Of a DNA stretch of 54,143 bases, positions 24,846 to 35,002 are shown piece by piece (the first letter of the stretch is position 1; every line of letters begins with the position of its first letter). Below the pieces are notes generated by a model. It was not told the DNA's origin. It was given only the letters and a program-made list of their open reading frames with translations, and did not search any database. The position numbers and the translations under genes are program-made. The stretch is from Acidimicrobiales bacterium (GTDB taxonomy: Bacteria > Actinomycetota > Acidimicrobiia > Acidimicrobiales > VFJN01): positions 1 through 54,143 of the forward strand of contig DASTFE010000176.1 of assembly GCA_035708905.1 (NCBI GenBank), written 5' to 3'.

Positions 24846-25442
24846 ATGACGAGGCGCCGGGTCGTGGTGGTCGTCTCCCTGGCGGCCTTCGTCGGGGGTG
24901 CCGTCGTGGTGCGGCGCGCCGGCACGACGGCTGCCGAGCAGCGCTGCTTCGCGCTGCTGAACGGCCTGTCCCACCGGGCGCACGCCCTGGTGTGGGCGCC
25001 CATGCAGCTCGGCAGCCTGGGCGGGCCGCTGGCCGTGGGGGCGGCGTTGCGGGCGACCGGCCGGCGGCGCGTGGGTGACCGCGTGGCGGCCGTCGGGGTG
25101 GTCACCTGGGTCGCAGCCCGCGCCGTCAAGCCGCTGGCCCGCCGGTCGCGCCCTGCCCACGCCATCCCCGCGACCCGCATCCTGGGCTCGGCCCAGCGGG
25201 GCCTGGGCTACCCGTCCGGCCACGCGGCCGTCGCCGCCGCGGTGGCGGCGGTGGCGGCGCCGCACCTGCCGAGGCAATGGCGCCCCGCCGCCTGGGCGGC
25301 CGCGCTGGCCGTCGGCCCCATGCGGGCCTACGTCGGCGCCCACCTGCCGCTCGACGTCGTCGGCGGCGCCGCGCTCGGCATCGCCATCGGCACCGCGGCC
25401 GCCGGCCCGGGCGACGGCGCCGTGGGCCTCGCGAGGCGATGA
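24846..25442 (+). CDS. PAP2-family lipid phosphate phosphatase.
   Basis: KPLARRSRP ... YPSGHAA ... MRAYVGAHLPLDVVGG (the KX6RP / PSGH / SRX5HX3D signature) in a polytopic membrane protein. Confidence 0.8.
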   Translation: MTRRRVVVVVSLAAFVGGAVVVRRAGTTAAEQRCFALLNGLSHRAHALVWAPMQLGSLGGPLAVGAALRATGRRRVGDRVAAVGVVTWVAARAVKPLARRSRPAHAIPATRILGSAQRGLGYPSGHAAVAAAVAAVAAPHLPRQWRPAAWAAALAVGPMRAYVGAHLPLDVVGGAALGIAIGTAAAGPGDGAVGLARR

Positions 25443-25536
25443 CGCTCGCCGAGCGACGTCGGAGGACATAACCGTCGGGGGCCGACCCCGATTGCCTCGG
25501 GAGCTCCGGACCGACCGCCGGTGCCTCGTAGGGCCC

Positions 25537-26073
25537 TCACGGGTCGAGGGTGATGCCCAGGTCGTCGTGCAGCTCCTGGCGGAGCTGGCGGCGCGGGTAG
25601 AGCTGGACCGCCTGCTGGAGCTCGGCGACCAGGGCGATGTGGGGGCCGCGGGCGAAGTCGAACTCGTAGACCACGCAGCCGTCCGCGAACACGTCGTAGA
25701 AGCGGCCCGTGTAGCGCGACGACACCGACGACACCGCCAGGTACGTCCGGACACCCTCGTCGCGCGGGGCCACCGGCAGAGCGGGGCCCACCTCGCAGCC
25801 CGCGACCAGCTCGACGTCGACGGCGCGGTCGGCCCGGTCGGAGCGCAGCGAGAAGCGGGCCCCGTCCTCGTCGACCTCGAACGACTCGAACGTCCAGCCC
25901 GGCGGCAGGGTGGCGACGCACGGCAGGTAGGCGGCGCCGGGCACCGACTGGGCGACGATGCCCAGCCGCTGGCCGGGTTCGCAACGGGGCATGGCGGCCT
26001 CGGCGTCGGCGCACGCGGCGGCCGCGGCCACCAGGCCGGCGAGCGCGGCCGTGGGCCACCGCCGGGCCCTCAT
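25537..26073 (-). CDS. Hypothetical lipoprotein.
   Basis: MRARRWPTAALAGLVAAAAAC is a lipobox-type signal. The ATG at 26073 overlaps the upstream stop (ATGA). There are four further Cys residues. Confidence 0.6.
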   Translation of the reverse strand: MRARRWPTAALAGLVAAAAACADAEAAMPRCEPGQRLGIVAQSVPGAAYLPCVATLPPGWTFESFEVDEDGARFSLRSDRADRAVDVELVAGCEVGPALPVAPRDEGVRTYLAVSSVSSRYTGRFYDVFADGCVVYEFDFARGPHIALVAELQQAVQLYPRRQLRQELHDDLGITLDP

Positions 26074-27767
26074 GCCAGCCCCGCCAGGCGCAGGTTGACC
26101 GCCACCAGCACGACGACGAGGACGGCTCCGGCGGCGACGCTGAGGGTGAGCGCCGCCCGTCGCAGGCTCCACCGCTGGATCGCGACCGGCGGCGCGGGTG
26201 GGGCGAGGGCCCGGAAGCGGGCGGGCAGGTCGCGCCCGTCGGCCCGCAGCAGCGAGCGGAGCTGCGACGGGACGGTCACGCCCCGCGTCGCCGCGAAGGC
26301 CTCGCCGATCTCGCCCGGCGTGAACAGCGCCAGCGCCCGCTCGTAGACCCGCTCGGGGGTCGAGCACAGCCCGAGGGTCAGCATCATGTTGGCCAGGTCG
26401 ACCGCCTGCCGCCACGGGGTCGGGCGCAACTCGGCGAACGCGACGTCGATCAGCAGCACGCGGCCGTCGCACTCGAGCACGTTGCCCGGCTTGATGTCGC
26501 GGTGCGCCAGGCCCGTGTCCCACATGCGCCGCACGGCGGCCAGCGCACCGTCGATGACGTCGTCGCCGATGTCGCCGCACTCGGTGATGTGGCGGGCCCC
26601 GGTTAGGAACTCGGTGAGCACGAGGTACTCGCGGTCGGGCGTGATCTCGACGATCCCGTACGGCTCGGGGCTGGGCAGGCCGGCATCGTGGAAGACGCGC
26701 AGCATGTGGTCCTCGTACTGGACCAGCCGTCGCACGGTGTTGAACGGCCGCTCGTCCTCGAGCCGGCCGTAGCGCACCGTCCGGGCGAGCTTGTACCAGC
26801 GGTCCGACCACAGGTGGGTGGAGGCGTAGAGCTTGCCGAAAAGATGGCGATCCGGCCCGCCGGCCGCCCGGTGATCGCCGTCGCGGTCGTCCCGGCCGTC
26901 GTCGGTCGTCAGGCGCAGTGGTGTCGAGCCCGCCGAGCTGCCCAGGCGGAACGGCTCGACGCTGGTGACCGCGATCCCCGCCTGCGTGGCGAGCGCGCTG
27001 CAGATGGCCTCACCCCGCCGGCCGCCGACGTCGAGGTGGGCGCGCACCCCCCGCCGGTAGGTCACGGGGAACGCCTCTTCGGGCGTCACCAGGCGGAAGG
27101 CGAGCACGGGCACCGCCGCGCCGGTCACCAGCGCCGCTGCCACGTCGGACGGGTGGTCGACCGCGAGGACCAGGCGGGCCGCCGCCACCAGGCCCACGGC
27201 GACGACCGCCACCCACACCGCCCGCCTGCGCCAGCGACCCGGTGGCGCCAGCGTGAGGACGACGGCCGTCAGCGCCACCGCCAGGTTGGCGACCGGGATC
27301 GAGGGGTGGGCGTAGCCGTCCCACGGGCCCGCGATGGTCACGCCCGTGGGCCGCATCCGCCCCAGCCACACCGACACCAGCTCGTTGGTCAGCGGGACCA
27401 CCAGCAGCACGGCCAGCACGACGAGCAGGTGCTGGAACCGGCGCACGGCGATCAGCACCAGCAGGGTGGTCCACGCCACGATCCGGAAGGTCCACAGCGA
27501 CCCGAGGTCGGCGACGTGGCGGGCGAGGTCGGCGACCGTGTCGTTGCGCAGCCGGCCGAGCGCGTCGAGCACGGCGACGTCGGCGGCGGTGACGGCGCGC
27601 GTGCCCACCTGGGTGGCCAGCGCCACCCAGACGAGCGCCACCAGGGCGCAGGCCAGCAGCGAGAGGCGGCTGCCCGGGCTGACCGGTCGGGGCAGCGGCG
27701 GGGGCTCGCCGGACGGTCGCCGCCGGGGGAGTGGGGCCGTGTGGTCCGCAGCGCGATCGAGCGTCAT
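26070..27767 (-). CDS. Polytopic membrane protein with a degenerate PAP2-like N-terminal domain fused to a Kdo/RIO/eukaryotic-like kinase domain and a C-terminal TM anchor.
   Basis: Kinase catalytic loop GLAHRDIKPGNVL, LLIDVAF and LFGKLY. The start is set at the ATG at 27767 (MTLDRAADH...) because the longer track ORF (to 27950) would overlap the divergent SBP gene. Confidence 0.7.
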   Translation of the reverse strand: MTLDRAADHTAPLPRRRPSGEPPPLPRPVSPGSRLSLLACALVALVWVALATQVGTRAVTAADVAVLDALGRLRNDTVADLARHVADLGSLWTFRIVAWTTLLVLIAVRRFQHLLVVLAVLLVVPLTNELVSVWLGRMRPTGVTIAGPWDGYAHPSIPVANLAVALTAVVLTLAPPGRWRRRAVWVAVVAVGLVAAARLVLAVDHPSDVAAALVTGAAVPVLAFRLVTPEEAFPVTYRRGVRAHLDVGGRRGEAICSALATQAGIAVTSVEPFRLGSSAGSTPLRLTTDDGRDDRDGDHRAAGGPDRHLFGKLYASTHLWSDRWYKLARTVRYGRLEDERPFNTVRRLVQYEDHMLRVFHDAGLPSPEPYGIVEITPDREYLVLTEFLTGARHITECGDIGDDVIDGALAAVRRMWDTGLAHRDIKPGNVLECDGRVLLIDVAFAELRPTPWRQAVDLANMMLTLGLCSTPERVYERALALFTPGEIGEAFAATRGVTVPSQLRSLLRADGRDLPARFRALAPPAPPVAIQRWSLRRAALTLSVAAGAVLVVVLVAVNLRLAGLA

Positions 27768-27810
27768 GCACCTCGTTCCCGTCGGCTGTCGCCGCGGTAA
27801 TGCTAGGAGC

Positions 27811-28749
27811 GTGGGCACGCCCGACGCGTCACCGCTGCGGCGCGCCGCCCGGCTCGTCGCCGCGGTGGGCCTGCTCGCCGCGGCCTGCGGCGACGGCCGG
27901 ACCGGCGACGACGCCGGGCCCCCGCCGGGCCTCGGGGTGGCGTCGTTCAACTTCGCCGAGAGCCGGCTGGTGGCCGAGATCTACGCCCAGGCGCTCGAAG
28001 GCGAGGGCATCCAGGTACGGCGCGAGCTCGACCTGGGCCCCCGCGAGCTGGTGCAGCCCGCGCTGCGCCAGGGGCTCGTCGACGTCGTGCCCGAGTACCT
28101 GGGCTCGGCGCTGACCAGCGTCGACCCGGCGGCCGAGGTCGACCCCTCGGTACCAGCCGACGTCCGGCGCCACCTCGACGCGGCGGTCGATCCCTGGGGC
28201 CTGCGGGTGCTCGAGCCGTCGGCGGCCCAGAACCAGAACGGGCTGGCGGTCACCCGGGCGACGGCCGAGCGCCTGGACCTCGAGGTCACGAGCGACCTGC
28301 GGGGCGCCGCCGCGGAGCTGACGATCGGCGGGCCGCCGGAGTGCCCCGACCGCCCCTACTGCCTTCCCGGACTGGCCGAGGCGTACGGGCTGACGTTCGC
28401 CGAGTTCCGGCCGCTCGCCGACCAGGCGTACGTCCGCCAGGCCCTCGCCGACCGCGTGATCGACGTGGGGGTGCTGTTCACCACCGACGGGGCGCTCGCC
28501 GGGGGCGACCTCGTGCTGCTGGGCGACGACCGGGGGCTGCAACCGGCCGAGAACCTGGTGCCCATGGTGCGGGCCGAGGCGCTGGCGGCACCGGGCGGCG
28601 ACCGGGTGGCGGCGACCCTCGACGCGGTGTCCGGCCACCTCACGACCGCCAACCTGCGGTTCCTCAACTGGCGGGTGTCGGTCGCCGGCAACGACCCCGC
28701 CGACGAGGCGCACGCGTGGCTGGTCCGCCAGGGCCTGGTCGAGCGGTGA
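27811..28749 (+). CDS. Glycine-betaine/osmoprotectant-type (OpuAC family) ABC substrate-binding lipoprotein.
   Basis: Signal plus lipobox LVAAVGLLAAAC. VASFNFAESRLVAEIYAQALEGEGIQV....LVDVVPEYLGSAL. The alternative ATG at 27766 gives a longer signal peptide. Confidence 0.8.
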   Translation: MGTPDASPLRRAARLVAAVGLLAAACGDGRTGDDAGPPPGLGVASFNFAESRLVAEIYAQALEGEGIQVRRELDLGPRELVQPALRQGLVDVVPEYLGSALTSVDPAAEVDPSVPADVRRHLDAAVDPWGLRVLEPSAAQNQNGLAVTRATAERLDLEVTSDLRGAAAELTIGGPPECPDRPYCLPGLAEAYGLTFAEFRPLADQAYVRQALADRVIDVGVLFTTDGALAGGDLVLLGDDRGLQPAENLVPMVRAEALAAPGGDRVAATLDAVSGHLTTANLRFLNWRVSVAGNDPADEAHAWLVRQGLVER

Positions 28750-28765
28750 GCCCCCCGGGGGCCGG

Positions 28766-30085
28766 TCACGTCCCCCACGCGGCGGCCGCGGCCGCTTCGA
28801 GCCGGGCCGCGGCGCCGGCCACGTCGGGCGGGTCGGCGGGGTCGGCGACGAGGTCGCGCAGGATCGCCCACATGCCGCTGCCCGTCGTGCCGCCGAACTC
28901 GACGGGCTGCAGGTCGGAGAGGTCGAACCGGAACCCGTCGCCGGCCTCGAGCAGGGCGCGGGCGATGTCGCGGGTCCGGTCGTCGGGGTAGACGCTCAGG
29001 TCGACGTCTTCGTTGGGTGAGAGGAAGCCGCCGCGGGCCGCCCAGATCTCACCGGCCTCCGCGGTGGCCAGGAACCGGACCAGCTCCTCGCCGGCGGGCT
29101 GCGGGCGCATGAGCACGGCGGCGTCGCCGCCGCCGACCACGAGGCGCCCGCCGGCCTGCCGTTCGGGGAACGGCATCACGTCGACGTCGACGCCCAGCTC
29201 GGCCTCGCCGGCACCGGCCACGACGCCCGGCACGAAGTCGCCCTCGACGATCATCCCGGCTGCCGGGTCGGGCGCGAACACCGCGGCGGCCGCGTCGGGC
29301 AACCGCCACCCGAGCGCACCCTCCGGGCCGCCGGCCAGGTGCTGCGGGGCGAGCAGGTCGGCGAAGAGCGCCAGCGTCGCCACCACGGTGCTGTCGGTCC
29401 AGGAGACGCGGCGGTCGGCCAGCGCGTCGTAGCGCTCCGGACCGGCGACACGCAGGTAGAGGTTCTCGAACAGGTCGGTGAGCACCCACGAGTCCTCCGG
29501 GGCGGCCGCCACGGCGAACGGGGGCGTGCCCGACGCCGCGAGCGCGTCGGCGACCTCGCCCAGCCGGTCGAGATCGGTGGGCGGTACCACCCCGGCCCGC
29601 TCGAACGCTCCGAGGCTGTACCACACCAGGCTCTTGTTGGCGGCCTTGAACCACACGCCGTACATGTCGCCGTCGACCGTCGCCAGGCGACGCCAGGGCG
29701 CACCGAAGCGGTCGCCGACCTCGGCGGCGAGCGCGTCGCCCAGGGGGTGGATGGCGCCGTCGCGGGCGTAGCGCTGGAGCAGCCCCGGCTGGGGGAGCAC
29801 GGCGACGTCGGGCACGTCGCCGCCGGCGATCCGGTCGTCGAGCACGGCGCCGATGTCGCGTCCCTCGGTCGAGGTGAGCACGACCGAGGCGCCGGTGCGA
29901 GCCTCGAAGGCGTCGAGCACGTGCTCGAAGGCCTCGGCCTCTGCGTCCTGCCAGACGGCCACGACCTCGATCGTCGAGCCGGACAGGTCGAGCCAGCCGT
30001 CGTCGTCGGTCGCGCACCCGGGAACGAGGGCCAGAGCGAGCACGGCGACCGCGACTGCCCGCAAGCGCGCCCACCGGTTCGCCAC
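28766..30085 (-). CDS. Family-1 extracellular solute-binding lipoprotein (sugar-type ABC SBP).
   Basis: GTG at 30085 with GGAGG 5 nt upstream. VANRWARLRAVAVAVLALALVPGC lipobox. IEVVAVWQD.EAEAF..VL..F...TG..V and WFKAANKSLVWY. Confidence 0.8.
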   Translation of the reverse strand: MANRWARLRAVAVAVLALALVPGCATDDDGWLDLSGSTIEVVAVWQDAEAEAFEHVLDAFEARTGASVVLTSTEGRDIGAVLDDRIAGGDVPDVAVLPQPGLLQRYARDGAIHPLGDALAAEVGDRFGAPWRRLATVDGDMYGVWFKAANKSLVWYSLGAFERAGVVPPTDLDRLGEVADALAASGTPPFAVAAAPEDSWVLTDLFENLYLRVAGPERYDALADRRVSWTDSTVVATLALFADLLAPQHLAGGPEGALGWRLPDAAAAVFAPDPAAGMIVEGDFVPGVVAGAGEAELGVDVDVMPFPERQAGGRLVVGGGDAAVLMRPQPAGEELVRFLATAEAGEIWAARGGFLSPNEDVDLSVYPDDRTRDIARALLEAGDGFRFDLSDLQPVEFGGTTGSGMWAILRDLVADPADPPDVAGAAARLEAAAAAAWGT

Positions 30086-30219
30086 GGGGACCTCCAGGGT
30101 CGGCCGGCTCCACCGGCATTCTGCCACGGCGGGTGGGACGATCGGCACTTGCCCCACGGCGCCGGCAGGGGCACGGTGGGTGCGGTACGGGCGCGCCGCT
30201 GCCGGCCGAGGAGGTCCGC

Positions 30220-30987
<768 letters not shown>

Positions 30988-30988
30988 C

Positions 30989-33535
30989 GTGCTGCTGACG
31001 GCGATCCGCAACCTGCTGGCCCACAAGCTGCGGCTCTTGACCACGGGACTGGCGGTGATGATCGGCGTGGCCTTCATGGCCGGCACGCTCGTGCTCACCG
31101 ACACGATCCAGAAGACCTTCGACGACCTCTTCACCGACGCCTTCGAGAACACCGACGCCCTGGTGCGCGCCGAGGCGTCGTTCGACGACCCCAACGGCTT
31201 CGGCGAGCTGCGCGGCCGCATCGACGCCTCGCTGCTCGACGAGGTCGAAGACGTCGACGGCGTCGCCCTGGCGGCCGGCGACGTGTGGGGCTTCGCGCAG
31301 GCGGTCGACCGCGACGGCGATCCCATCGGCAACCCCGGCGCCGGTTCCCCCACCTTCGGCACCAACTGGACGGCGAGCGAGCTGAACACGTGGACCCTCG
31401 TCGAGGGCGACCCGCCCCGCGGTGACGAGCAGGTCGTGTTCGACAAGGGGACCGCCGACGACGGCGGCTTCGGCGTCGGCGACCAGGCGACCGTCCTCGT
31501 GCAGGGCGCACCCCTCGAGGTGACGGTCTCGGGCATCGCCCGCATCGGTGGGGCGGACTCGCCGGGCGGCGCCAGCTTCACCATGTTCACCACCGAGGCG
31601 GCCCAGCGCTACGTGGGTGAGGTCGGCAAGTTCGACAGCATCTCGATCGCCGCAGAGGACGGGGTGTCGCAGGACGAGGTGGTCGAGCGCATCGCGCCCA
31701 CCCTGCCCGACGGGATCGAGGTGGTGACCGGCGCCACGGTCACCGAGGAGAACCAGGACGCGCTGCGCGAGGGGCTGTCGTTCTTCAACACCTTCATGCT
31801 GGTCTTCGCCGTGGTGGCGCTGCTCGTGGGCGGCTTCATCATCTTCAACACGTTCTTCATCACGGTCGCCCAGCGCACCCGCGAGAACGCCCTGCTGCGG
31901 GCGATCGGCGCCACCCGCCGCCAGGTCCTGGCCGCCGTGCTGATCGAGGCACTGGCCATCGGCCTGATCGCCTCGGCGCTCGGGCTGGTCGCCGGCATCC
32001 CCCTCGCCGCCGGGCTCAAGGCGCTGCTGGCCGGCTTCGGCTTCGAGATCCCCGCCGGGGGGATCGTCCTGGCGACCGGCAGCGCGGTGCTGGCCTTCTC
32101 GGCCGGGGTGATCGTGACGGTGCTGGCCGCCGTGTCGCCCAGCCGGAAGGCGGGCAAGGTGCCGCCGGTGGCCGCCATGCGCGACGTGGCGGTCGGCAGC
32201 ACCGGCTACGGGTCGCGGCAGCGCATCATCGTGGGCGTCCTCATCCTCGTCCTGGGCGCGGCCGCCCTGCTCTACGGGCTGTTCGGTGATCCGGGCAGCG
32301 CGCTGGCCGTCGTCGGCCTCGGCGTGCTGCTCGTGTTCTTCGGCGTCTCGGTGCTGGGGCGCACGGTGGCGCTGCCGCTCAGCCGGGTCATCGGCCTGCC
32401 CCTGCCCCGCGTGCGCGGCATCGCCGGGCAGTTGGCCCGCGAGAACGCCATGCGCAACCCCAAGCGCACCGCGGCGACCGCCTCGGCGCTGATGATCGGC
32501 GTGGGGCTGGTCAGCTTCATCACCATCTTCGCCGCGTCGACCAAGGCGTCGTTCAGCAACACCGTCGACGAGGCGTTCACCGGCGACTTCATCGCGACAT
32601 CGGGACAGATGGGCGTGGGCGGCGTGTCGCCCGAGTTCACCGAGCGGGTGAACGACCTGCCCGAGATCGAGGCCGCCGGCGGCATCCGGGCCGGCCTGGC
32701 CGCCATCGACGGCGACTCCGAGTCGCTCATCGGCGCCAGCCCCGAGGCGTTCGAGATCTTCGACGTGGGGCCCGTGGCGGGCACACCGGACGACCTCGAC
32801 GAGACCTCGATCGCGGTCAGCGAGCAGACCGCCGATGACGAGGGCCTCGCCGTCGGCGACCGCGTGACGGTGGACTTCACCTCCACCGGCGAGCAGGACA
32901 TGACGGTGGCGATGGTGTACGCCGAGAACGCGGCGGCGGGGAACTGGATCCTCGGCCTCGACGCCTTCGAGGCCAACTACCCCGATCAGATGGACGTGCA
33001 GGTCTTCGTGAGGAAGGCCGAGGGCGTGCCGTCGGCCGAGGCGCTGGCCGCGGTCGAGGAGGTTGCCGACGACTTCCCGGGCGTCAGCGTGCTCGACCAG
33101 ACCGAGTACAAGGAGGAGCAGATGGCCTTCGTCGACCAGATGCTCGGGCTCGTCTACGCCCTGCTGGCGCTGGCCATCATCATCGCCCTGCTGGGCATCG
33201 GGAACACGCTCGCGCTCTCGATCGTCGAGCGCACCCGCGAGCTGGGCGTGCTGCGGGCGGTGGGCATGACGCGCAGCCAGCTCCGGTCGGCCATCCGCTG
33301 GGAGTCGGTGATCATCGCCGTGCAGGGGGCCCTGCTCGGCCTGATCATCGGGCTGTTCTTCGGCTGGGCGCTCGTCACCGCGCTCGAGGACGAGGGCCTC
33401 AACACGTTCGCCGTGCCGTTCACCAGCCTGGTGGTCGTGGTGGTGCTGGCCGCGCTGGCCGGCGTCGTCGCCGCGGTGCTGCCCGCCCGCCGGGCGTCGC
33501 GCCTCGACGTGCTGCGGGCGGTGGTGACCGAGTGA
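30989..33535 (+). CDS. ABC transporter permease with duplicated FtsX-like domains.
   Basis: 848 aa with two MacB_PCD/FtsX modules (...RTRENALLRAIGATRRQV... and ...RTRELGVLRAVGMTRSQL...). GTG lies 1 nt after the ATPase stop. Confidence 0.9.
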   Translation: MLLTAIRNLLAHKLRLLTTGLAVMIGVAFMAGTLVLTDTIQKTFDDLFTDAFENTDALVRAEASFDDPNGFGELRGRIDASLLDEVEDVDGVALAAGDVWGFAQAVDRDGDPIGNPGAGSPTFGTNWTASELNTWTLVEGDPPRGDEQVVFDKGTADDGGFGVGDQATVLVQGAPLEVTVSGIARIGGADSPGGASFTMFTTEAAQRYVGEVGKFDSISIAAEDGVSQDEVVERIAPTLPDGIEVVTGATVTEENQDALREGLSFFNTFMLVFAVVALLVGGFIIFNTFFITVAQRTRENALLRAIGATRRQVLAAVLIEALAIGLIASALGLVAGIPLAAGLKALLAGFGFEIPAGGIVLATGSAVLAFSAGVIVTVLAAVSPSRKAGKVPPVAAMRDVAVGSTGYGSRQRIIVGVLILVLGAAALLYGLFGDPGSALAVVGLGVLLVFFGVSVLGRTVALPLSRVIGLPLPRVRGIAGQLARENAMRNPKRTAATASALMIGVGLVSFITIFAASTKASFSNTVDEAFTGDFIATSGQMGVGGVSPEFTERVNDLPEIEAAGGIRAGLAAIDGDSESLIGASPEAFEIFDVGPVAGTPDDLDETSIAVSEQTADDEGLAVGDRVTVDFTSTGEQDMTVAMVYAENAAAGNWILGLDAFEANYPDQMDVQVFVRKAEGVPSAEALAAVEEVADDFPGVSVLDQTEYKEEQMAFVDQMLGLVYALLALAIIIALLGIGNTLALSIVERTRELGVLRAVGMTRSQLRSAIRWESVIIAVQGALLGLIIGLFFGWALVTALEDEGLNTFAVPFTSLVVVVVLAALAGVVAAVLPARRASRLDVLRAVVTE

Positions 33536-33559
33536 GCCGTCCGACGAGGAGGACGTGAC

Positions 33560-33994
33560 ATGCGGGTCAGCGAGTTGATGCACACGCCGGCGGTCACCTG
33601 CCGCTCCGGGGCCACGATCGGCGAGGTCGCCCGCCAGATGCGAGACCGCAACGTGGGCAGCGTGGTGGTCGTCGACGACATCGGCTACCTCGCCGGCATC
33701 GTGACCGACCGGGACGTGGCCCTGCGGGGCGTCGCCGAGGGGCGGCCGGGCGAGGAGCCGGTCGACGAGATCATGACCCGCAACGTCGCCACCGTGCCGG
33801 CCCGGGCCGACGTCGCCGACGCGGCGGCGCTGATGGTCAAGCGCCGGGTCCGCCGGCTGCCCGTCGTCGACGACGCCGGCGCACCCCACGGGATGCTGGC
33901 GCTCGACGACCTGGTCCGCCAGTTGGGCCACGACGCCGACGCGCTGGCCGACACGGTGATGATCCAGGCCGCCGACCTGCCGGGCGGCCCGTGA
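33560..33994 (+). CDS. CBS-pair domain protein.
   Basis: VSELMHTPAVTC...VGSVVVVDD.GYLAGIVTDRDVALR...IMTRNVATV...MVKRRVRRLPVVD. It is a paralogue of the gene at 46227. Confidence 0.85.
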   Translation: MRVSELMHTPAVTCRSGATIGEVARQMRDRNVGSVVVVDDIGYLAGIVTDRDVALRGVAEGRPGEEPVDEIMTRNVATVPARADVADAAALMVKRRVRRLPVVDDAGAPHGMLALDDLVRQLGHDADALADTVMIQAADLPGGP

Positions 33995-34034
33995 CGTGTG
34001 ACCCGGCCCCGGCGACCGGCCCGGCGGCGCCCCG

Positions 34035-34919
34035 TCAGCCGCGGGCCGCGGGCTGGACCAGGACGGGTGCCGGGCTGCGGTGGACGATCTTGGCGGCCTC
34101 GCTGCCGAGCGCGGCGCGGGCCACCCCGCGGCGGGCGTGCGACGTCGCGACGACCAGAGCGGCCGGGTGGCGCTCGAGGTGCTCGCCGATGCCGATGTGC
34201 GGGTAGGCGAGGCCCCACATGACCTCGCGGTCCACCGCCAGGCCCCGCAGCTCCGGGCGGGCCGCCATCGCCTCGAGGTAGACGCGGGGGTCGCCGTCGG
34301 GCGGATAGTGCCCGTCCGCGTGCCCCTGCTCGGGGGCGACGAGGATCGGGTCGGTGGCCGTGATCAGCGAGACCCGCAGCCCCAGGGCCCGGGCCCAGGT
34401 GGCTGCCAGCGGCAGCGCCTGCTCGGCCAGGGGCCCGCCGTCGAGGCAGACGAGCAGGCGGGCGGCCGCCTCGTTCGTGTGGGCCACGGCGCGGGGACCG
34501 ACGGCGACCAGGGGAGCCTCGCCCCGGGAGGCCATGTCGGCGAACGTCGACCCGACGACGGCGGCGGAGCGCGACCGGCCGTGGGTCGCCATGCACACCA
34601 GGCACGGGTCGAGCTCGGCGGCCGTCGCCAGGATGGCCGCCGCGACGTCGCGGTCGTCCGACACGTGGGGCGTGGCCCCCGGCATGCGGCCCGCGATCTC
34701 GTCGGCGTAGCTCTCGTACCACCAGCGCTCGTCCCGCGCCACGCGGGCGGCGACGTAATGGAGGGTCGCGTCGAAGCGGTCGGCGAGCCACGCGGCCGGG
34801 GCCAGCGCCCGCTCGGCCAGATCGGAGCCGTCGATCGGCACCAGCACCGCGCCGTAGCGGACGGCGGGGGGCGGCGCAGGCGCGGACGCCGCGGCGTTCG
34901 TCTCACCGGAGCGTGTCAC
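34035..34919 (-). CDS. Tandem-domain universal stress protein (UspA family).
   Basis: VLVPIDGSDLAERAL...CMATHGRSRS...LLVCLDGGPLAEQAL...LVVATSHARRG...GSEAAKIVHRSPAPVLV. Confidence 0.85.
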   Translation of the reverse strand: MTRSGETNAAASAPAPPPAVRYGAVLVPIDGSDLAERALAPAAWLADRFDATLHYVAARVARDERWWYESYADEIAGRMPGATPHVSDDRDVAAAILATAAELDPCLVCMATHGRSRSAAVVGSTFADMASRGEAPLVAVGPRAVAHTNEAAARLLVCLDGGPLAEQALPLAATWARALGLRVSLITATDPILVAPEQGHADGHYPPDGDPRVYLEAMAARPELRGLAVDREVMWGLAYPHIGIGEHLERHPAALVVATSHARRGVARAALGSEAAKIVHRSPAPVLVQPAARG

Positions 34920-34953
34920 ACCCCGAGCATGGCCCCTGGTCGACGACGATCCC

Positions 34954-34968
34954 AGGGCCCAAGGTCAC
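34954..34968. promoter_or_regulatory. DosR/DevR-like box centred in the divergent USP-USP promoter.
   Basis: AGGGCCCAAGGTCAC (reverse complement GTGACCTTGGGCCCT). It lies 35 nt from each start codon. Confidence 0.5.
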
Positions 34969-35002
34969 GTATCGTCGAGGCACCGCAGCCGGAGGGAGCA
35001 CC

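Noticed and set aside
27768-27950. N-terminal extension (MNDATPRPGG...) of the PAP2-kinase ORF.
   Set aside because: It would overlap the divergent SBP gene and its promoter. The ATG at 27767 gives a sensible N-terminus directly before the first TM segment.
30135-30149. GGGACGATCGGCACT upstream of the ABC exporter. It shares GGGACGATCG with the weak hsp20 box and, more loosely, with GGGACGATGA at 23841.
   Set aside because: It matches the strong consensus at only 10 of 15 positions. A short GC-rich core is expected by chance a few times in 54 kb.
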